Positions 17,125 to 26,331 are shown, counted from the stretch's first letter. The stretch is DNA of 32,000 bases from Coprobacillaceae bacterium (GCA_963675915.1 OY780959.1:360001-392000), one strand, 5' to 3'. Numbers and translations: made by a program. The notes: generated by a model not told the origin, from the sequence alone.

Positions 17125-18906
17125 TTACCGTCTTGGGATTCCTTTTTTGAGGCCCTTGATCTCCTTCGTGGTCAATTGACGCAGGTATGTTGGCAGTTCC
17201 TTATTGTAGGGTAGTAGTTTCCTGATTTCATCTTCATCACTAGAATCTATTCCCGGCAGCCTTTCCAGTACGTACTCCATGTACATGTACGGTGACAGCT
17301 TGTTTTCCTGGGCGCTTAACAGTATCGAATAGATTATCGCTGCGGCTTGCGCTCCTTTGGGGCTTGTATAGAATTTACATCGATTCCTTGATACGACAAA
17401 CGGTCGTATAGCCCGTTCCGTGCTTGAATTGTCGAATGGAACTTTCGGGTTATTAAATACCTCGCTGAATTCCTTTTCGTGGTTCATCAGATATTTGATT
17501 GCCTTAAGCAAGGTTGGTTTCATATTAACTTCGGGCAACAGGATTATTTCTTTAAGGTACGCTAAAAACTTATCGTAGATCGGCTTTACGACATCTTTTC
17601 GACCCTTATGAATATATTGAAAATATTTATCCCGGTTCTTTGGATATTTTCCCTTAGCAGCCTGTTCAATTTTGTTTTTTGCTTCGAATACTTTTTTGTA
17701 ATAGCGATAGCAAGTGTATTCGTAACTTTGATTTTTATCGGTGCCTTTTGGCAGTACATCCAAGGCTTCCCGGAAATAGCGAAAGGCATGAACGTGGCAA
17801 AAACAGTTGGTGACATTATCAAGCGACTCGTAAGCACCATAGGCGTCTGTTACCAGATAGTGGGAGTAATCACCGATGAAGTCTTCAACAACCCGTTTTG
17901 AACGACTAGGATCATAACGGTACAAGATAATTGGTTCGTCATACTGATTGCTCCGTAGAACCCAAAGATATGATTTGCTTTGCGCTGGTTTGCCGTCTTC
18001 CTTTAGAACCTGGGTGGTGGTTTCATCGCAGTGGATCACTTCCATGGACAACAAGTCTTTGTGCATGCACTCAAACAACAGGTTAAGATGAACCGATGCC
18101 TTGATCATCCAGTTGGCCATATTCTGTCTAGGGATGACGATGTCATTTTCAAGGAAACGTTTTTCCTGAGCAGCCAGTGGCAAACCCTTTAAATATTTCA
18201 TGTCCATTATAGTTGCAATCAGTGATGGCGATGCAATGCTTCCCTTGATAACCGGTTGTCTTCCAGGAACTTTCTTGTACGATGATTTACCTTCCAAGTT
18301 GTGTTCCTGACAAGCAACACATTCGTATACCGGTGTACGGTAAATATTCAATTCAACTTTGGCGGGTGTATAGACAAGTTCTTTTCTTTCATCGTATTTT
18401 TTGATTGTCATAGTTGTACCACAAAGATCGCAAACGTCGAAACCATCAGGAGTTTCTTCTGTAATTATATTGGTTTTGAGATGGTCATAATTGATATGTT
18501 TTTCTTTGGGGATTCTAACTTTTCTTTTGTAACCTTTGATTTCCGTAGTTTCGAATTCTTCGGTTTCAGTAGCATTATCAAAATCAACACCGATTAGACT
18601 AAACAGATCAGGACCTTGGTTATATTCCTTAATATTGTTGCGTTGGGAGCTGTAGCGGGCGTTTTCCAATAATTTGATGTATTCGTTTTTCTGTTGTAGT
18701 TCAAGTTTGCGTTCTTTGATTTCAGCTGCCATTTTATCAATATCGGAAGTCAATTTCTTATTATCGGCAGATAAATTCTTCTTTTCTTTAATAAGTTTTT
18801 CTTTTGAAATACGGTCGGATTCGATTTTGGCATAGAGTTCCTGTTCACGTTGTTTGAACGCTTCGATAAGTTCTTCTTTTGTCATATCTTCCATCAATTT
18901 GATCAC
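17125..18906 (-). CDS. tnpC: IS66-family DDE transposase TnpC (copy B; diverges from copy A in blocks in its C-terminal half)
   Basis: The first roughly 303 aa are identical to copy A. Clustered substitutions follow (for example DGKPAQSKSYLWVL against EGKEPQSNSYMWVF). Confidence 0.9.
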   Translation of the reverse strand: MIKLMEDMTKEELIEAFKQREQELYAKIESDRISKEKLIKEKKNLSADNKKLTSDIDKMAAEIKERKLELQQKNEYIKLLENARYSSQRNNIKEYNQGPDLFSLIGVDFDNATETEEFETTEIKGYKRKVRIPKEKHINYDHLKTNIITEETPDGFDVCDLCGTTMTIKKYDERKELVYTPAKVELNIYRTPVYECVACQEHNLEGKSSYKKVPGRQPVIKGSIASPSLIATIMDMKYLKGLPLAAQEKRFLENDIVIPRQNMANWMIKASVHLNLLFECMHKDLLSMEVIHCDETTTQVLKEDGKPAQSKSYLWVLRSNQYDEPIILYRYDPSRSKRVVEDFIGDYSHYLVTDAYGAYESLDNVTNCFCHVHAFRYFREALDVLPKGTDKNQSYEYTCYRYYKKVFEAKNKIEQAAKGKYPKNRDKYFQYIHKGRKDVVKPIYDKFLAYLKEIILLPEVNMKPTLLKAIKYLMNHEKEFSEVFNNPKVPFDNSSTERAIRPFVVSRNRCKFYTSPKGAQAAAIIYSILLSAQENKLSPYMYMEYVLERLPGIDSSDEDEIRKLLPYNKELPTYLRQLTTKEIKGLKKGIPRR

Positions 18907-19053
18907 TTGAATCCACCTCTTTCCACTAGTGGCATTGTAGCATAAAAAGCCCTGAAAGTCTTGATTTCACGGCAATTTATAAAAGATGTGAATAACTTCA
19001 AAAGGCAAAAGATAAACCCACAAAAAAATGTGAATTAATCTTATGCGTAGGGG

Positions 19054-19413
19054 CTATATCATTACTGAAATGTCCTTGAATGCCCTTTTCTGTTCAATTG
19101 CCAATCCATCAAGCAACCAACTCAACTGACGGATGTCAACAACCATTGAAGTGATATCTTCATCACCCTTGGGCCAGAAGAACTTATCTTTATTAAGCAG
19201 CTTCTTGGAGTGGATGACAAATCCGTTCTTGTCGAACTCCAGCATCTTGATGCTTTTCTTGGATCTGTTGCAAAAGATGTACAGGTTATTGGCGGTGGGG
19301 TCAAGATACAGGCTGTGGGATACAATCGCGCTTAACCCGGCGTAGCTTTTCCTAAGATCAGTTGCCCCAGGAACCAAATAGATATTGTCGAAGTCTTCAA
19401 ACCTAAGCTTCAT
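19054..19413 (-). CDS. tnpB: IS66 TnpB (copy B)
   Basis: The protein is identical to that of copy A. Confidence 0.85.
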   Translation of the reverse strand: MKLRFEDFDNIYLVPGATDLRKSYAGLSAIVSHSLYLDPTANNLYIFCNRSKKSIKMLEFDKNGFVIHSKKLLNKDKFFWPKGDEDITSMVVDIRQLSWLLDGLAIEQKRAFKDISVMI

Positions 19414-19765
19414 TGATCATACCTATCAGTTTAGCCAGAGTTTCCAAGTCTGTCGAGTCGTCAACCGAAATAGTAGCCTTGCCAATATTGACATCGAACC
19501 CCTTGGAAACAACTTTACTGTTGCAATCAACAATATCCAGCCTGACAAGAGCTGTAGTAAATCCAGAATCCTTAACTTCATCTCTTGAGCGATTCAAATA
19601 TGGCTTAGAATACTTGTGGTAGCAAAAAGCATTGTACGAAACATCGTTAGCCAAACACCATTTTTTAATGGTCAGATCACTATTGGCAGCCTCAGTAAAT
19701 ATCACCTGCCACTGATCATCAGAATAATTAAAATCATCACACCTCCAATTCGATGTGATAATCAT
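19403..19765 (-). CDS. tnpA: IS66 TnpA (copy B)
   Basis: It differs from copy A by one residue (DDFNY against DDLNY). Confidence 0.75.
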   Translation of the reverse strand: MIITSNWRCDDFNYSDDQWQVIFTEAANSDLTIKKWCLANDVSYNAFCYHKYSKPYLNRSRDEVKDSGFTTALVRLDIVDCNSKVVSKGFDVNIGKATISVDDSTDLETLAKLIGMINEA

Positions 19766-19833
19766 ACCATCAATGACCTCGACAACCTACCACCGCTCTA
19801 TTTGACGCATACGGTAGAACTCCAGGATGCTGT

Positions 19834-19863
19834 CAAAAAAAGAGTGTAATATTACACTCTTTT
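19834..19863 (-). terminator. Rho-independent terminator, probably for metK
   Basis: The palindrome agagtgtaat/attacactct is followed by a run of 7 T when read on the minus strand. It lies about 140 nt downstream of the metK stop. Confidence 0.6.
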
Positions 19864-20001
19864 AATTCGTGAACAAGGTGGCTCTACTCCGCCGGGATAT
19901 TCAGCAGAATTCATTGAACGGTTTTAGATAGCCGTTTTTTAATTGTTAAGATGCTCTTTTGTCACGTAGTGATCATTTGCCATGATCAATGGATTGGATT
20001 T

Positions 20002-21177
20002 TCAACCTTGGCTTAAATATGGCACTTTATCTGTTTTTTCCCAGGGAAGATCCAAGTCATCTCTTCCAAAGTGACCGTAAGTTGAAACCTGGCGGTAGAT
20101 CGGCCGCCGCAAATCTAAATCCTGAATAAATGCAGCCGGACGAAGATCAAAATGCTTATTAATTAATTTTTCTATTTTCGCCTCTGCAATTTTATTTGTT
20201 CCAAATGTATGGACCGCGATAGAGACTGGATGGGATACCCCAATCACGTATGAAATTTGAATTTCACACCTGTCCGCCAAACCGGCAGCCACAACATTTT
20301 TGGCAACATACCTGGCAGCATATGATGCGGAGCGGTCAACTTTAGTCGGATCTTTTCCGGAAAACGAACCGCCACCATGGCGGGCATAACCGCCGTAGGT
20401 ATCAACCATGATTTTTTTGCCTGTCAAGCCGGTATCACCTTGCGGCCCACCGATGACAAATCTACCGGCGGCATTGATATAATATTTTGTCTTATCATCA
20501 AGCAGATGATTGGGAATTACTTTTTTGATAGCTTTATCAATTATATCGCGCTCAATTATTTCGTGGCTAATGGTATCAGAATGTTGACAAGCAACTACGA
20601 CAGCCTCAACCCGAATTACCTTTTGATCCAGGTATTCGACTGTTATCTGGGTCTTTCCATCCGGTCGCAGATATTCTAATTCACCTGATTTACGCAAATC
20701 AGCTAGTTTTTTTGCCAATTTATGGGCTAACGTGATGGGCAGGGGCATCAACTCGGGGGTTTCATTGCAGGCATATCCATACATAATTCCCTGATCGCCA
20801 GCGCCTATTTGATCCAGTACATCACTAGACCCCGCTCTGCTTTCAAGTGAAGTGCTGACTCCAGAGTCGATATCAGCGGATTGCTTGTCAATTCCGGTCA
20901 ATACGGAACAAGAATTGGCATCAAAGCCATATTCACCGGATGTATAACCAATTTCCCTGACAATGTTTCGGACGATTTGAGGAATATCTATATTACATTT
21001 TGTTGTAATCTGACCAGTAACCAGAACCAATCCCGTGCTGATGCAAATATCGCAGGCAACCCGTCCCTGCGGGTCCCTTTCCAAGATCGCATCCAAAATA
21101 CCATCGGAAATCTGATCACAGATTTTATCTGGATGTCCTTCTGTCACAGATTCAGAAGTAAAGAACCATTTTTTCAT
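20002..21177 (-). CDS. metK: S-adenosylmethionine synthetase
   Basis: [37 protein letters not shown] and [19 protein letters not shown] are canonical MetK motifs. The RBS is AAGGAG. Confidence 0.97.
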   Translation of the reverse strand: MKKWFFTSESVTEGHPDKICDQISDGILDAILERDPQGRVACDICISTGLVLVTGQITTKCNIDIPQIVRNIVREIGYTSGEYGFDANSCSVLTGIDKQSADIDSGVSTSLESRAGSSDVLDQIGAGDQGIMYGYACNETPELMPLPITLAHKLAKKLADLRKSGELEYLRPDGKTQITVEYLDQKVIRVEAVVVACQHSDTISHEIIERDIIDKAIKKVIPNHLLDDKTKYYINAAGRFVIGGPQGDTGLTGKKIMVDTYGGYARHGGGSFSGKDPTKVDRSASYAARYVAKNVVAAGLADRCEIQISYVIGVSHPVSIAVHTFGTNKIAEAKIEKLINKHFDLRPAAFIQDLDLRRPIYRQVSTYGHFGRDDLDLPWEKTDKVPYLSQG

Positions 21178-21642
21178 ATATTAACTCCTTTCTAGATTTA
21201 TTGATTTTAAGAGCAAACATGGTTATTAGACAATAACCATAATATTGCATTCAAAAAGAATAAAAAACCGATCTTAAAAAGTTCGGTATTTTCATTTTTG
21301 CACGTGAGATGTCACTGGCAAGTGCTCCCGAGCCCAAATAATTATTTCATAGACAAATTGTAACATGATTTTAGCAAATTTGATATAACGGGCATGAATT
21401 TTAATTGTAATCAATCAGGGACCGTTTAAGTGGAAAAACTCGGAATACCCAAGGATTCTATGTGAACAGTGATTGTTTGGATATTCTAAATATACGCTAT
21501 AAAGTGGGTAGCGGGCTCCCCATAAAAAAACATACCAGGAAAACAAGCCTTTATATGTTATTCTCTTCGGCTAATTAGGGGTGTTTCATTTTTAGAATTT
21601 GATCGTTGCTACTGATCCAGGGAAATTGTTAAAATGAGGATA

Positions 21643-21671
21643 TTGAAAAAGTACCATTAAATTGGTAAAAT
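21643..21671 (+). promoter_or_regulatory. Candidate sigma-A-type promoter (TTGAAA-17 nt-TAAAAT) feeding the conserved lipoprotein leader
   Basis: Direct reading. It lies about 30 nt upstream of the conserved leader block that starts at 21703. Confidence 0.4.
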
Positions 21672-21702
21672 TATATTATAAAATCACGTGAATTTATTTA
21701 CA

Positions 21703-21779
21703 GTGGAGACTATGAGACAAAAGATTATGTGGACGCTTTTCTTTTGTTTAGTCAGTAGCGTAACCTGCCTTTGGCAGGT
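21703..21779 (+). repeat. Conserved leader block, copy 1, interrupted by the IS; it continues at 23825-23885
   Basis: The block aligns with 28772-28848: GGAGACTATGA.ACA.AAGATTA....GACGCTTTTCT..TGTT.A.TCAGTAGC.TAACCTGCC....GCAGGT. Confidence 0.75.
21763..21779. repeat. Left copy of the 17-bp direct repeat ACCTGCCTTTGGCAGGT flanking the IS (putative target-site duplication)
   Basis: An identical 17-mer lies at 23808-23824, immediately outside the two IS ends. Confidence 0.75.
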
Positions 21780-21974
21780 CAATGGAGTCAACTTAAGGAA
21801 TTTTTTCCTAGTTGGCTCTTTTTATATCTAAAAGCATCTTCAATATCAATCTCTGTCGCTTAATACAAGCCTAGTTTAAATCATCTCATGAAAAAAAGCG
21901 CATAATCCCCCATGGAATTTTAGCGTTTTAAAAAAAATTTTGATATTAGTGTTATAATGATTGTGTATTCTTGA

Positions 21975-23462
21975 CTACGGGGCAACCGTTCTCATGACGC
22001 CTTTGATGGTTTGAAGTTTTGGAAAGTTTCGCCCATCAAGCGAGAAACGATAGTAGAATCCACTGGGAACTACTCTGCCCCAACGTTGACTGTGCCTGTT
22101 CTTGCGAACGGGCACTTTTATTGTTTGGGCCACGGCAACTAATTGCTTAATTCTTTTTCGCATCAGTGTTTTCTTATGGCTGTAGAAAGGATAGAGTAGA
22201 TTGTTTTCCATCAGCAGGTTATGAAGTTGTTTAATGTTGACCCGGTATTGGATATTCTCGTCATCATTTTTATTGAAAGTTGCCTCACTATTATGCCGGT
22301 GTCGGTGCTGTCCTGGGTTCCGGCTAAGATACATGTCAATCTCTTTCCTGATAACTCCCAGGATATTGTAAAGCACGATTTTACCATAGATGCAGCATTG
22401 TGATACGGTATCGGATTCGCTAATGTGACGCTCCAGTTCCATATCGGTTTTTAGCGTTTTATATGCCACCTCAATATCCCAACGTTTCGCATAAAGTTCG
22501 ATGATATCCGCGTGGCTGAACTCCTTTTTTGACAAACTGGTAAAGTATGTTATATCAGATTCAACGATTTCACCGAATTTATTAGTGTATCCATAAGTGA
22601 ATTTGACTACTCTGATTTTCACCTTGGGGTTATCTTCTCTGATTTTAAGGGCCTCAGGAGAGAAACGGAATCTTTTCCGCCATAGTCGGTCAACGTCAAC
22701 CTCGATCCACTCATCATTTGAAGTCATTTCGCTTACTTGCTTCTTGAATAAGTTGGACTTGGCACGGATGCAATAATCAAATCCCAAGTGCTCAAGATGG
22801 CTAATAAGCTCGACTGAGCCATAGTAGCGATCAGCAAGATAAATCACTTTCTTGCCACCAAACAGATTACCACAACGATAAAGGTGTTGGAAGGCAAGCG
22901 GAATTTCAGAGTAAGGGGCAGGTCTCATCATGAAATCCAAAAAGATGCCGTTAGTGACATCATATAGCCCGGCTGATTTGGATAGAACTTTCTTAACATC
23001 GAAAATATCTTTGACGTACTGGTTTTTCCAAAAGTCGAAGTTATAAATATTGTGGATGCTATAGGGAATTTCTAGAAAAGTCCCATCTTCAGCTAAAAGA
23101 GTATACCCTTTATATGTCTTAGGCAGCTTGCTTTGATAGAACTCCTTGGCAAACTCTTTAAATAAATATCTGAATACTGAAGGATTGAGTTTTTTGATGT
23201 CAACATTAAGAGCTTGCTTGGTAATCCTTTTTTCCAAACGGTTGGTGAAGCAAAAATACTTGGTCAAATCAGTGTTGGTGTTCTTGGAATTTCTAAAAAC
23301 AAAGTAGAGAATGACATCCCTGAAAGTCATAATCCGATTGCGAGTGAAATCAGAACTCCTGATTCGGGACAAAGCGCAAGTGGTATCGGAAGACAAGACA
23401 TCCGCGAAAGAATTGAAGAAATCAGACATCTGATTTGTCTTAACTACATTATTCATCGTCAT
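21975..23462 (-). CDS. IS4-superfamily DDE transposase, main body
   Basis: LLAEDGTFLEIP (D), IYLADRYYGS (D) and YAKRWDIEVAYKTLK (Y-2-R-3-E-6-K signature) are present. The track ORF runs up to 23642, but that upstream part overlaps the more plausible N-terminal ORF in another frame. Confidence 0.8.
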   Translation of the reverse strand: MTMNNVVKTNQMSDFFNSFADVLSSDTTCALSRIRSSDFTRNRIMTFRDVILYFVFRNSKNTNTDLTKYFCFTNRLEKRITKQALNVDIKKLNPSVFRYLFKEFAKEFYQSKLPKTYKGYTLLAEDGTFLEIPYSIHNIYNFDFWKNQYVKDIFDVKKVLSKSAGLYDVTNGIFLDFMMRPAPYSEIPLAFQHLYRCGNLFGGKKVIYLADRYYGSVELISHLEHLGFDYCIRAKSNLFKKQVSEMTSNDEWIEVDVDRLWRKRFRFSPEALKIREDNPKVKIRVVKFTYGYTNKFGEIVESDITYFTSLSKKEFSHADIIELYAKRWDIEVAYKTLKTDMELERHISESDTVSQCCIYGKIVLYNILGVIRKEIDMYLSRNPGQHRHRHNSEATFNKNDDENIQYRVNIKQLHNLLMENNLLYPFYSHKKTLMRKRIKQLVAVAQTIKVPVRKNRHSQRWGRVVPSGFYYRFSLDGRNFPKLQTIKGVMRTVAP

Positions 23463-23646
23463 ATACCAACCTTGGTTTCTTTTTAGCGAAGGCCGCTTTA
23501 AGATAAGGAACACTCTCCCCGTCGACAAGACCGAAATTAATAAGAACGCGGTGTTTAGACACACCATTTTCCCGATAAGACTCAACAAGTGCACAAAAAT
23601 AGGTATTATCTTTACCTTTATTGTTTTTAACAGCTCTGACAAACAT
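23449..23646 (-). CDS. N-terminal segment of the same transposase, in a different reading frame
   Basis: MFVRAVKNNKGKDNTYFCALVESYRENGVSKHRVLINFG resembles the conserved N-terminus I associate with IS1634-type transposases. It is offset by +1 from the main ORF. Confidence 0.6.
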   Translation of the reverse strand: MFVRAVKNNKGKDNTYFCALVESYRENGVSKHRVLINFGLVDGESVPYLKAAFAKKKPRLVYDDE

Positions 23647-23807
23647 AATATCGCCTCTTTTCTTAACTACATTATACCACTATAATGACTAATTATAGGA
23701 AAATATAAACTATAGTCTTAACTACAAATCAAAATCAAATAGCATACAGTTGACAAAAGCGACAAAAAAAGAGCCGACTTAAGAAATTTCTTAAGTTGAC
23801 TCCATTG

Positions 23808-23824
23808 ACCTGCCTTTGGCAGGT
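23808..23824. repeat. Right copy of the 17-bp direct repeat ACCTGCCTTTGGCAGGT
   Basis: See 21763-21779. Confidence 0.75.
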
Positions 23825-23885
23825 TTTTGTTTATTATTTGAAGTTGTCTACTTTAAAGACAGTATCAGACAGGAGGAGTGTTTTT

Positions 23886-24575
23886 ATGAAAAGAAGTCCT
23901 TTATTAGTGATAGTACTGGCATTGATCTTAACCGGTTGTTTCCGAACTGGTCCCAATGAATTTGATGAAGAAGTTTATAGTTACGATATTTCCACACCAG
24001 AGCCGATGAAAGAAATTGAATTCCAGGATGAAGGATTTAAGAACTACATCAAGGAATATTTGCAGTTGGATGATGTGATCTACTGGAAGGATGTAGCCAA
24101 TATTCGAGAAATGTATTTTTACTCCATCCTTGAATTTGATGAATCAATACAAATTCAATCGTTGATAGATCTAAAGTGGTTTATTAATCTGGAAATGCTG
24201 GTAATAGATGAGGATGATCCTGTTAAATGTAACTTAAGTGATTTGAGTGGCTGCTCCAATTTGTGGGAGGTATACTTGTCCAATTCACAGATAACAGGTG
24301 ATCTTAGCGACATAAGTGAATTGACTAATATCAGCTGTCTGCTATTGGAGAATACTGATATCACGGGAGATCTAAGTGATTTAAGGAAGCTTAAAAATCT
24401 TCATCGTTTAAATTTGAGTAATACAAATATCACCGGAGACATCTGCAATTTAATTGGCTTAGGGATGTTTGATGAATTATATTTGGTAAATACCGATGTG
24501 TATGATAGTTCCAATTGTTTGGGGGAATTGATTGAATTTGCCGACTCTGATTTTAGTGGAACACAAATTGAATGA
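23886..24575 (+). CDS. Leucine-rich-repeat lipoprotein (paralog 1)
   Basis: The ATG at 23886 follows AGGAGGAG. The signal peptide has the lipobox LTGC. Repeats are of the type ITGDLSDISELTNISCLLLENTD / ITGDLSDLRKLKNLHRLNLSNTN. Confidence 0.8.
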   Translation: MKRSPLLVIVLALILTGCFRTGPNEFDEEVYSYDISTPEPMKEIEFQDEGFKNYIKEYLQLDDVIYWKDVANIREMYFYSILEFDESIQIQSLIDLKWFINLEMLVIDEDDPVKCNLSDLSGCSNLWEVYLSNSQITGDLSDISELTNISCLLLENTDITGDLSDLRKLKNLHRLNLSNTNITGDICNLIGLGMFDELYLVNTDVYDSSNCLGELIEFADSDFSGTQIE

Positions 24576-24951
24576 TTTGAAAGGGTAAAGCTTTTTTTGG
24601 TCCTTTTACAAGTTTTATAATCAACTGAATTGTTGGCCAGATAAGTATCTATTGAGAATGCCAAGACATGAATAAGGTTAGAAATATTGCTTTTGCTTAT
24701 TTCTAAGCAAAATATCCCACCTTAATTCGACTCATAATATTAAAATTTGATAATTATTATACAAATATTCAAGATTTGATTTTGGTAAAATCTTATTAAG
24801 TGATACAATAGTGTTATAAGATAAATATTTGCAAGATAATTTGAATATTAGGGTTGGCGGGCATAATAATATGAGATCCGCATTAAATATTTGCGGATTG
24901 CCTGATTTGTTCCACCAATCCAATATGGATTAAATAGAGGAGGAAAAGGCA

Positions 24952-26331
24952 GTGAATAGAGATTATATTTACCAAGGCTACACCAGGACCTTATGCCATA
25001 TCTGCAAGAAACCGATTGATGGCAAAATTGTCTATAATAAAGAAGGCGTCTATATTCTAAAAAGCTGTCCGGAACACGGCGAATCGATGGTGTTGCTCGA
25101 AGAAGACTACCAATATCATCTCAGCAAACAGCGTTTCGACAAACCGGGAACTATAAGCAGTACTCAAACAGTGCTGGACAAGGGGTGTCCTTTCGATTGT
25201 GGTCTTTGCCCGTCCCATGATCAACATACTTGTATCGGCCTGATTGAAGTGACAACAAGGTGCAACCTGGGCTGTCCGACCTGTTATGCCCACAGTGGTG
25301 AGGGGAAAGACTTGGATATGGAGACCATTGGCAAGATGATGGACTTTTATATCGAGTCAGAAAACGGCCGGGCCGAAATCCTGCAAGTCAGCGGTGGTGA
25401 GCCGACCTTGCATCCTCAAGTTTTGGATATCATTCAAATGGCAAAAGACAAAGGGATTCATTATGTCATGCTCAATACCAATGGGCTCCGGATAGCTGAA
25501 GACATTACTTTTGCCAAGGCCTTAGGCAAATTTAGAGGCGGTTTTGAAGTATACCTTCAATTCGACGGTCTTGATGATGAAGTATATCAAAAACTTCGGG
25601 GTCGCAAACTAGTCGAAATTAAAAAGAAAGCTATTTTTAACCTGATGAAATTCAATGTTCCAGTAACTCTGGTATGTACAGTTGACAAAGGTGTCAACGA
25701 TGAGTTGCTTGGCGAAGTCCTTGCATATGGCATGGACAATGAATGCGTTCGTGGAGTTAACTTCCAGCCGGTCAGATTCTTTGGCAGAGTCGATTTCGAT
25801 CGTTGGCAAGAAAGAATCACCTTGTCAGGAATCCTTAACCGGATTGAACACCAGACCGAAGAAATGATTGGAAAAGATGCCTTCATTCCGCTTCCTTGTA
25901 ATGTTGAACGGGTGGCGATCTCATATCTGTTCAAGGACAAGAGTGGATTCATCCCAATCTTCAGTGACCGGGATGTCAGTCGATACAAGGATTACATCAG
26001 AAATACGTTTATGTTCAGTATGGAAGAAACGATGAAAGATCTCGAAGCAGCCGGGGAATCGATCATTCAATGTAGCTGTTGCGACATTATCGGGGACATC
26101 AAACGTTTTTTAAAACCGGCAATGTTGTTTAAATCCAAAGAGAAACGAATGGAATTCATCGATAAGAATGTCTTTAGAATCAGTGTAAGTGCCTTTGTTG
26201 ACATCTACGATTTTGACATGAAATCAGTCCAGAAAGAATGCGTTCATGTGATCACTCCGGATCTGAAGCGAATTCCGTTTTCAGCCTATAATATGATTCA
26301 TAGAGACAAATACGAAAAGTTCTACGAGTGA
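24952..26331 (+). CDS. Radical SAM enzyme with additional N-terminal metal-binding Cys motifs (COG1964 / tetraether-synthase-like pattern)
   Basis: The N-terminal CHIC...CPEHG is followed by GCPFDCGLCPSHDQHTC and then the radical SAM motif CNLGCPTCYA and SGGEPTLH. The GTG start follows GGAGGA. Confidence 0.8.
   Translation: MNRDYIYQGYTRTLCHICKKPIDGKIVYNKEGVYILKSCPEHGESMVLLEEDYQYHLSKQRFDKPGTISSTQTVLDKGCPFDCGLCPSHDQHTCIGLIEVTTRCNLGCPTCYAHSGEGKDLDMETIGKMMDFYIESENGRAEILQVSGGEPTLHPQVLDIIQMAKDKGIHYVMLNTNGLRIAEDITFAKALGKFRGGFEVYLQFDGLDDEVYQKLRGRKLVEIKKKAIFNLMKFNVPVTLVCTVDKGVNDELLGEVLAYGMDNECVRGVNFQPVRFFGRVDFDRWQERITLSGILNRIEHQTEEMIGKDAFIPLPCNVERVAISYLFKDKSGFIPIFSDRDVSRYKDYIRNTFMFSMEETMKDLEAAGESIIQCSCCDIIGDIKRFLKPAMLFKSKEKRMEFIDKNVFRISVSAFVDIYDFDMKSVQKECVHVITPDLKRIPFSAYNMIHRDKYEKFYE

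Larger units (their letters stand above)
17057..19812 (-). mobile_element. IS66-family insertion sequence, copy B (inverted relative to copy A)
   Basis: The same 23-bp termini occur at 17057-17079 and 19790-19812. The same three ORFs lie on the minus strand. The flanking 8-mers are ACTATATT and GGTAGAAC. Confidence 0.9.
21780..23807 (-). mobile_element. IS4/IS1634-like insertion sequence (2028 bp)
   Basis: Perfect 18-bp terminal inverted repeats CAATGGAGTCAACTTAAG lie at 21780-21797 and, reverse-complemented, at 23790-23807. They extend imperfectly to about 45 bp. The element encodes an IS4-type DDE transposase. Confidence 0.85.

Noticed and set aside
3473-19812. A clean composite transposon with an 8-bp target duplication
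   Set aside because: The outer flanks TCTAAAAG and GGTAGAAC do not match, and no other flank pairing matches either. The pair is reported only as a bracketed segment of unclear history.
19813-20001. The missing 5' part of ORF 3023-3439, or an ssrA-derived att repeat marking the island end
   Set aside because: The minus-strand sequence here contains terminators and only a 14-codon ORF. It shows no similarity to the tmRNA 3' end.
21178-21600. SAM-I (S-box) or SAM-III riboswitch upstream of metK
   Set aside because: I looked on the minus strand for the S-box core and for an SD-sequestering SMK layout and found neither. The region is kept only as an unclassified structured leader.
21763-21797. 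The 17-bp palindrome as part of the IS inverted repeat
   Set aside because: Read as an inverted repeat, the loop would mismatch (TTT against AAA), whereas the direct repeat is 17/17. The paralogous leader shows a single native hairpin. The alternative is not fully excluded.
23470-23490. Programmed -1 ribosomal frameshift on AAAAAG joining the two transposase ORFs
   Set aside because: The body ORF is +1 relative to the N-terminal ORF, not -1. The -1 frame hits TGA within a few codons.
23796-23885. Upstream start (23796) for lipoprotein paralog 1, and 28895 for paralog 2
   Set aside because: The extensions run through the leader and terminator sequence and lack an RBS. The ATGs at 23886 and 28910 follow strong RBSs and begin typical lipoprotein signal peptides.
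25587-25988. Minus-strand 133-aa ORF inside the radical SAM gene, and similar antisense ORFs in mcrB, mcrC, metK and the lgt-like gene
   Set aside because: They are embedded opposite well-supported genes and show no independent signals.
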